DNA of 64,000 bases, taken from contig NC_088810.1 in the NCBI RefSeq assembly GCF_011386835.1, positions 124,001 through 188,000 on the forward strand, given 5' to 3'. The position numbers and the translations under genes were made by a program. Of the stretch, positions 55,830-64,000 are shown piece by piece (position 1 is the first letter of the stretch; every line of letters starts with the position of its first letter). Source of the stretch: Chrysemys picta bellii. Its lineage: Eukaryota. The notes below the pieces were generated by a model. The model made no database searches. It saw nothing but the letters and a program-made list of their open reading frames with translations, and was not told the origin of the DNA.

Positions 55830-56037
55830 CTAGGAGAGAGAGGAAGAGGGGGCATGAGCGGGGGAGGGGTGGCGCCGGGGGGGAGGGGCTGTCACCCCCC
55901 TGGCCTCTATGTGCCCCCCCCAGGACGTCCATGGGCATGGAGGACCCTTCCTCAGGATCCTGCATCCCCTTCACAGCCCCAGCATCACAGACCTGTCCCT
56001 AACCTCACCCACCCTCCAGTCCCCCCAGCCCTCCACT

Positions 56038-56195
56038 GAAATCTAACCTCTACCCCGCACTCTGACCCCTCCCCAGCCCTAACCCCTGACCCATTGGGCC
56101 AGGCATCCCCCAGCCCCCCTCTAAAATCTAACCTCTACCCCACACTCTGACCCCTCCCCAGCCCTAACCCCTGACCCATTGGGCCAGGCACCCCC
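56038..56195. repeat. ~86-bp direct duplication (second copy partial)
   Basis: aaatctaacctctacccc(g/a)cactctgacccctccccagccctaacccctgacccattgggccaggca occurs twice, starting at ~56039 and ~56125. Confidence 0.8.
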
Positions 56196-58159
56196 CAGCC
56201 CCTTGGGGTCCCAGCTGCTCACTCTGACCCAACCCTCAGGAGCCACCAGGTGGCGCTGCAGGCTGCGCTATCCAGGCAGCAGCAAGTCTGGTGCTGGACC
56301 AGGTGGGACCCCACCAAAGGAGCTGACCCCGGCCAGCCTGGCTCCACTCCCCCCACCCGCCCCCGCTACACTGAGTGTGGCTGGGGGGGGGTCATTGCAG
56401 GAGAGTGACGGGCTGGGAACAGGGTTCTACCCATGGCTCGGGGGGAACGGGACTCCTGGGTTCTGATCCTGAGCACAAGGCTTGGGGCGGTGGGGTGCAG
56501 AAACCCCCCCACCTCCCAGTTCTCCAGCCTGCAAACTCCCCTTCCCCCTGCTCTCCAGGGAGAACCCAGAATTACACACAGCCCCCTGCATTATGCACAA
56601 GCAGCTGGGGGCGCCGGCTGCTTTGCCGCAACTCAGCCAGGCCGTTTCATTTTGTGTGTGGGTGTCGGGGGGCTTTCAAGTTGCCATGTTGCAGAAAGCC
56701 CCGTGGAGCCAGAGATCTCAGAGCCAGCAGGGACAGGCTGGTCTGGGCCTGGCCTTGACCCATCCAGCAACCTGCGTCAGGCTCCCTTAGCAAGACGTAC
56801 CCGAAGGCTGCCCCGGAAACCCTGCAGTTATGGGGGGTCCCTGGCCGTGGGGAAAGCCCCTCCTAATTCGCACCAGGTGAGAGCTGACACATGGCCCAAA
56901 GCAGAGGGTTTAACATGCACTTGTAACTGTAACTCTGACTCTATGGCTGCCCTGGGCGGTTACGTCAGCGGAGTCTCCTCCCACGCCGGGGAGAGCGTAA
57001 GCAACAGGGCCGGGTCTCAGGACTCCTGGGTTCTGTTCCCAGCTGTGGCTGACTCCCTGGTTAACCTTGGTCCAGTCCCCGCCTCTCTCGGGAGCCAGTT
57101 CTCAGCTGGGAAAGGGGGATAAGAGCTCTGGCTGACTTCCCAACTTAGACCAGGAGCAATTCAGTACCCAGCCTGACAGAGAGCCCCGTCTCAGCTGGGG
57201 TCTGTGCAGTGCCTGGCACCATGTGAGGCCCCTCGAGCCTCCCACAACACACGACACTCTCCCCACGTTACAGACACTGGCCGAGATTTCCAAAAGGGCC
57301 TGGTCATTTGGGGCACCCACCTCAACACCCCTGGAAAGGGAGCCTGTTTTTTCACAGGGCAGATGCTCAGTACTTAGCACCTCTCCCCTCCCAGAGCCAG
57401 GATAGAACCCAGGAGTCCTGGCTCCCAGCCCCCTTTCTGGCTTGAACCACCAGCCCCCACTCCCGTCCCAGAGCCAGGATAGAACCCATGAGTCCTGGCT
57501 CCCGGCCCCCTTCCTGGCTTGAACCACTAGCCCCCACTCCCGAGAGCACAGCCAGGTCTCTGCTGAGACACTGGGGCGGGGGGGGGGGGGGTGAGGAGGC
57601 CTTTGGTGCCTGTGCAGGGATGGCAGCAGGTGACTCATGGGATCCGAAACCCATCAGCTCTCACCGGGGGAGGGGCTGTCTCAGCGTTCCCCCTCCCCCG
57701 CCACTGACGTGGGGGGAAATCGGAGCCAAGTTTCACTATGTGCTGGAGGTGACATACCACAGCAATGAAACACTCATCCAGGGCCCCCCATCTCCAGGGC
57801 TGGGAATGCAGCAGTCCCCTTATCTTATCTCGCTGCCAGCCCCGTGGGAACAAAGTCCGACTCCCTTGGCCTCACTCCACCGGGCCTGCAGCCAGCCCCC
57901 CCATCCCCCCACAGCTCCCATCCCCCCACGGTCCCCCCTTCTCGCACCACCCCCACCCCACCTGCAGACAAGCACTGGCTCTTCCCCCCCCCCATGGGCT
58001 CCAAACTAGTGTTTATGTGACCCCAGACTCAGCACCCCCTTACGTGGCCCTGTGCAGCTGCAGCTGGACTGGTGCACTTCAGGTTTCACCTTCAGCCTTG
58101 GTGTGTGCCCAGCTCTCATCCGCCCCTCAGCCCCTGCCCCCCCAGGTGGCATGGGCCTG

Positions 58160-58600
58160 GGACCCCACAGCTCAGACCCTTGGTCTCCCCATCTCCCTCC
58201 TGGGCTCTGGGGCTGAGACCTCCCCCAGCTGTGAACCCCTGCCCCCCAGCTCCTTCCCAGGCTGTGGGGCCCTGAGACTCCCCAGCTGTGAACCCCCCCC
58301 ATCCCTCCACTCCCCATCTCCCTCCTCAGCTCTGTGGCCCTGAGACCCCCCAGCTGTGAACCCCCCAGAAGAGACCCCCCCAACTGTGAACCCCGGTTCC
58401 CCAGCTCCTCCCTGGGCTCTGGGGCTCCAAGGCCCCCCAGCTGTGAAACCCCCCCCATTCCTATCTCTCGGGGCCTGGGGCCCAGAGACCCTGCCCAGCT
58501 GAGACCCCCAGCCCCCTCCTGGGCTGTGGGGCCCCAAGACTCCCCCAGTTGAGATCCCCCAACTTTGAGAACCCTGGTCCCCCAGCTCCCCGACCTGAGA
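58160..58600. repeat. Degenerate C-rich tandem repeat
   Basis: cccccagctgtgaacccc / ggggccctgagactccc motifs recur. Confidence 0.6.
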
Positions 58601-59884
58601 TTCAGGGATCAGAGGCCAGTTCCCTGAGGGGCACATTACCAGAGGCCACAGGCACTGGGCAGGGAGGGTGATAGGATGCCGGGCTAGTGACCCCCTCCCA
58701 AAGGGAAGGCAGGATGGTCCAATGGTTAAGCCCTTGCCTAGGACTCAGGAGCAGAGATCCATCCCCTGCTCCCCCCAGCCTTCATGTGCCTAGGAGGGCA
58801 TGTCCCTTAGGGTGGGCCCATGGGGCAAAGCCCCTGCAGTGGTGAGTCTCCGAGCTCAGCCAGGGGCTCGCGCTCTGTATGGGGACAGCCCCTGGGGGGA
58901 GGAGCAGTACAGCAAAGTGCGCTGAGATCCCCGGCTGGACAGTTTCTCCCACCCTCCCCCCTCTTGGCAGGAAACAGCCAGGGTGTGGGGGGGAAATGGT
59001 GTTTCCCTATAAATGTTTTGATGAAACGGAAATAGGACACCAGGCTCTGGCTTGGTGTTTCCCCTTTGCATAAACAGAAAACCTGTTCCAGTGACTCGGC
59101 ATTTACAGACACTGGGGAAGAGCCGAAGCGGGACGGGAACTGGCTCCTGGTCAGTCCCACCTGCGCTTTGCTACAGGTGGATCCAAAGGGTCCACACATT
59201 ATCGAACCATCTGCCGATCCTTCAGCATCAGAGCAATTGCTACAGGCAGCTGCAGAACAGCTCCCTGCTAATTCCACAGCCCCCCAGAGAGATGGGCCAA
59301 GGTGGAGGGATGTCCCATAACCCCCCAGCTCCCGGAGTCACGGGCTGAGGGGAGGAGCTCGGCTTGCACACTTTACAAAAGGGAAGTTCTAGCCTGCGGT
59401 TTTTGGGGAGAAAAGCTACATGACATGGAGTGCGACCCCTACAGGCTCAGACAGACACCAGAGAGAGGTCACAGAGCAGGAGCCCCCTGCGCCGGGCGCT
59501 GCACAAACACAGATGGGCTACACTTGTCTCTAACCTCCAGGCATCCTCCCAGCAACTCCTTACCATTGAGCCCTGGGAAAATCCCGGCTTCTCCCTGCAG
59601 CCCCACTCCCCTGCCAGGAATAAACATGGGCTATTTATACACCACAGCCACTTAGAACTACGCCCGCAGCTCAGGAGAGCTGCAGAGAGGAAGTCACAGG
59701 ACTTCCAGGAACAGGCAGAGACAGGGGAGGGAGAGTCTTGGGGATGGCGTCACCCACCGGTGCTTGAGGACTCACCCTTTCACTTCTGCCTTCACCCCAA
59801 GGGATTCCCCTTGGGCTGCAGAGAGCAGCAGGCATGGAGCTGAGCACAGTCCCGGCACCTGACTGCCACCCCCGCCCTACAGCA

Positions 59885-60745
59885 ACCCCCTGCCTAGCAT
59901 GCACCCCAACCCCACAGACCCCCTGTCTAACATGCACCCCCACTCCCCAGAGACGCCCTGCCTAACATGCACCCCCACCCCCCAGAGACCCCCTGCCTAG
60001 CATGCACCCCCACTCCCCAGAGACGCCCTGCCTAACATGCACCCCCACCAACCCCCAGAGACCCCCTGCCTAACATGCACCCCCACCAACCCCCACAGAC
60101 CCCCTGCCTAGCATGCACCCCCACCAACCCCGCACAGACCCCCTGCCTAACATGCAGCCCCACCGAGACCCCCTGCCTAGCATGCACCCCCACTCCCCAG
60201 AGACGCCCTGCCTAGCATGCACCCCCACTCCCCAGAGACCCCCTGCCTAGCATGCACCCCCACCGAGACCCCCTGCCTAGCATGCACCCCCACCAACCCC
60301 GCACAGACCCCCTGCCTAACATGCACCTCAACCCCACAGACCCCCTGTCTAGCATGCAAACCAACCCCAGAGACCCCCTGCCTAGCATGTACTCCACCAA
60401 CTCCCCAGAGACCCCCTGCCTAACATGCACCCCAACCCCATACAGACCCCCTGCCTAACATGCACCCCAACCCCACACAGACCCCCTGCCTAACATGCAC
60501 CTCAACCCCACAGACCCCCTGTCTAGCATGCACCCCCAACTCCACAGAGACGCCCTGCCTAGCATGCACCCCCACCGAGACCCCCTGCCTAGCATGCACC
60601 CCCACCAACCCCGCACAGACCCCCTGCCTAACATGCACCCCAACCCCAGAGACCCCCTGTCTAGCATGCACCCCAACCCCACACAGACCCCCTGCCTAAC
60701 ATGCACCCCAACCCCAGAGACCCCCTGCCTAGCATGCACCCCTCC
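59885..60745. repeat. ~33-37 bp minisatellite, more than 20 units
   Basis: cccctgccta(g/a)catgcaccccaaccccacagac repeats. Confidence 0.9.
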
Positions 60746-61067
60746 TGTTGTCATGACCTCATCCTGCACAGAAGTCCCCTACCTGGCATACACCCCGTCC
60801 CTGCATGCTGCCTGGCATGCCCTCACCCAGCCTGCACCCACCCCACAGGCTGTGACCAGCCCATTCCCCCAGATCTAGAGCCCAGCTCAGGGCTGGGAGA
60901 GAGGCAGGTGCTATTTTTAACTCAGCAGCTTCAGCTCAGGTCAGCGGCGGGAAAGGGAGCCAGGGCCAGTCCCCTGCGGGGAGGATGGGGGAGCCTGGGG
61001 GGCTGCACTCATGTAAAAGGGGAATGGCCCCATTACGGCTACTGTTACCCTTCAGCTCCCAGCCCTT

Positions 61068-61135
61068 AGAATCATAGAATCATAGAATATCAGAGTTGGA
61101 AGGGACCTCAAGAGGTCATCTAGTCCAACCCCCTT
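61068..61135 (-). mobile_element. CR1 3' terminus
   Basis: tagaatcatagaatcatagaat (reverse of the CR1 ATTCTRTG octamer tail) followed by gagttggaagggacctcaagaggtcatctagtccaacc. Confidence 0.8.
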
Positions 61136-62894
61136 AGGAGGACTTCAGTTAATTGGTCTTTAGGCACCTACAAAAGCTGCCCTCAGACCCCCGCCGCATG
61201 CTACCCTTGGGGCTGCAGCCGGGCAAGACAGGTGTCCCAGCCCCCTGCTGTGATTCAGCAAGACTGAGGCTCCTTGGGGGAGGGGTCCCTGTCTGCCCCC
61301 AACCCCTCGCTTAGCCAAGGGGACGCTCAGCAAGAGCGTCAGGCAGGAGATTCCCAACGGATGAAAGGAAGCGACTCCCACTCAAGGCACGTGAGCCTGT
61401 GGAACTCACTGCTACCAGACATGGGTAGTCACCCAGGGAAAGAACAGCAGCAACTTCTGGCAAGGTACTAACCCCCTTATGCCCCCAGCATGGTGTGACC
61501 CCGATCTCGAGGAGGGTCAGGATGAGGGGTGGGAGGAGTGGCCAATCACCACCCTGCAGGGTCTCACACCTCCCCTCTGACACACAGCTCCGGATGGGAG
61601 ACAGGACGCTGGGCTAGATGGGCCCTCCCCTGGGCTGGGGGCGGGTCCCAGGCCTTTCCAGTGCTGTGAGGTAGCATTAGGGAACTGTCGGCTACTGCCC
61701 AGTCCCAGCAAGCGTGGAACAGCTGCCAGCACTTCAAAGCCGGGAGCTGCCGGGTCAGGGCCAGGTCGGCCAAAAACCAACCGCAGCACTGCTGAACTGA
61801 CACCACAAGCTCCCAAGGGGCATGGGGGCTGGAGGGGGGCTGCCCCAGGCCTGCAAAGCCATGCCAGAGCAGCACGGGGGGTGGGGGTGGGGGGGCAAGT
61901 CCCACAACAGATCGCAGAGCCCGGGTCTCCCCAGCTCCTCCAGCCTGGGTGGGCAGCACTGGTAGCCCAGGTCACAGAGAATTAGGGGGATCCCGGCAGC
62001 AGGGGAGGTGGGTGGCAGAGGGGAAAGGGGTGAATTCTGGCAGCGGGGGAGGGGGGCAGCAGAGAATTAGGAAGGAGTGGGGGGAGGAGCCCCAATACAG
62101 AACCCAGGAGAGCAAGTCAGTCTGGGGGCCCCTTACTAGTGTCCCGGCTCCCCCACCCCTGACATGTTGCCCCAGCTCCTCTCAACGTGGCCTCTGCACG
62201 AACCATAAACCACATTTCACACCTGAGCGGATGCCGCTTGTGGTGACGCGGGCCTGAAACCACAGACACCTGCAGCAACACCCACAGGCCTCCCCAGTCC
62301 CACAGGGTGGGCCCAGGCCCCAGCCAGGGGCAATGGGCCCCCAGCCCACCAGGCCGACCCTTCCCCCGTCAGACGGGCTCCCGCCCGGCCCGCAGTCTAG
62401 GAAGGCACAACAGGGAGCAGGGCGCGAGAACGGCAGAACGTGTGCGGTGCCGACAGAGCCGGGCAACCCCCTCCCCGAGCCGGCCACCGACCTGGCGGCT
62501 ACCCATAAAATGGGCACTTCCCAGGTTTTCCAACCGCCCCAGAGCAGGCTGGGTTTGGGAAGTGGGTCCCACTGACGCTTTCCATCGCCCCAGACACTGC
62601 CTGTAAGCTGGGGGGGGAGGGGTGTCTGATGTCACCCCCCCCGGGGATTTTTTTTGTGTTGATTAAAAAGGAAATTTCTGTGACCGCACAACAAAAAGCA
62701 CCAGCTGTTTCAGTTGGAAAGTTTGTTTTTTTTTCCTGCCCACAGAAGTCGTTTCTGGCCATCTCTAGATGGTCGGCCATTCGCTGTCCCCATACACCCC
62801 ACCTTCTATACCCCTCCAGCGCAATGCCCCATAGACACCCCTCACCACGCTAACAATGCATTTCCAGTGTGCCTCCAGCCGGCTCTCTCCCATG

Positions 62895-63420
62895 CCCACC
62901 CTGTAGTAATGCACGCGTCCTCCCCCACTCACCTCCTGTATGAGCCCCCAGCACGCCCGCCTTGGTATCGTGCCCCCCCAGCATGCCCACTTTGGCATCG
63001 TGCCCCCCCAGCATGCCCTGCAGTAATGCACGCGCCCTCCCCCACTCACCTCCTGTATGAGCCCCCAGCACGCACGCCTTGGCACTGTGCCCCCCCAGCA
63101 CGCCCACTTTGGCATCGTGCCCCCCCAGCATGCCCTGCAGTAATGCACGTGCCCTCCCCCACTCACCTCCTGTATGAGCCCCCAGCACGCCCGCCTTAGC
63201 ATTGTGCCCCCCCAGCACGCACGCCTTGGCACCGCGCCTTCCCCAGCATGCCCCCCTTGACACTATGCGACCCTCACAGCACGCCCGCCTTGGCACTATG
63301 GGAGTCCCCAGGACACCCGCCTTGGCACTGTGCCCCCCCAGCACGCCAGCCTTGGCACTATGCACCCCCCCTGCACACCCTTCATGGTGCCATGTGCCCC
63401 CCCCAGCACATCCTCCTTGG
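62895..63420. repeat. ~117-bp tandem repeat x3 decaying into ~30-bp subunits
   Basis: cagtaatgcacg..cctcccccactcacctcctgtatgagcccccagcacgc at ~62905, 63020 and 63138. Confidence 0.8.
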
Positions 63421-63685
63421 CACTGCACCCCCCCCAGCATGCCCGCCTTGATGCCGCGTGCGTCAACACAGCGCCCCCCAGCACGCCCTCCTTGGCCCCA
63501 TACACAGCTGCCCTCCCAAACATACCTGCCTTCATGCATATGTCCCCCCGCAATAATGCAGACTCTTCCCCCCACCACCCACGCAGCCCTTGGTACTGTG
63601 CCCTGCCCCCCGACCCCCATCAATACTCTTTTCAGCCCCCCCAGCAATGAGAAGAGACAGGGCTGGGCCTGGGTTCCAAAGAGAC

Positions 63686-63691
63686 TTTATT
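63686..63691 (-). terminator. Intronic polyadenylation signal, candidate end of the NECTIN2-alpha transcript
   Basis: Minus strand reads ccatttgtgtgtAATAAAgtctc in UTR-like sequence inside the NECTIN2 intron. Confidence 0.4.
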
Positions 63692-64000
63692 ACACACAAA
63701 TGGAGACAGACGGTGACAGTGCCATAGCAACCAGTACACTCTGAAAATAACCGCTCTGGGGGGCTCAGAATATTTACACAAGGGGGCGGAGGAGCTGGCA
63801 CCGTAAGACACAGTGGGGGGAACAGTGCATGGGGGGGGGGGGTGTAAACAGTGTGTCACATGGACACTGGGAGACAAGGGAGAAATGGCACTCCCTAGGG
63901 CACGTGCACACTGGGCGCCCCAGGGCCATCCACCCCCAAAGCTGGGCAGGTCACAGACATAGGGTGCGCCTCGGGGAAGCCCCCCCAAACAGAGAGAGAG

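Noticed and set aside
54506-55855. 226-309 aa Gly-rich minus-strand ORFs, and similar ORFs at 60177-60878 and 62714-63744
   Set aside because: Translations of intronic minisatellites within NECTIN2.

Overview
GC-rich, repeat-dense vertebrate genomic DNA. The repeat repertoire looks turtle-like; this is an inference from recalled repeat families, not a database match. The window holds the APOE cluster, read right to left on the minus strand: the 3' exons of NECTIN2 (delta isoform), complete TOMM40, APOE and APOC1, all with canonical splice sites and mammal-like exon phases. The main surprise is the ~25 kb TOMM40-APOE interval (about 2 kb and gene-free in human). It contains two intact, convergent, three-coding-exon apoA-IV/apoA-I-type apolipoprotein genes, here called A (+ strand, 214 aa) and B (- strand, 170 aa). 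They arose by an inverted duplication and resemble the apoE-linked apoA-IV lineage known from teleost fish. Other points: a 1-nt homopolymer frameshift in the last TOMM40 exon (probably an assembly error); four Penelope-like termini, two carrying minimal hammerhead ribozyme motifs; three minisatellites amplified independently from the same L2 3'-end segment; a ~50-bp-phased GC-box/CCAAT array in the TOMM40 promoter; and many CR1, hAT, Harbinger, Tigger and solo-LTR remnants and VNTRs. All exon coordinates were derived by hand.
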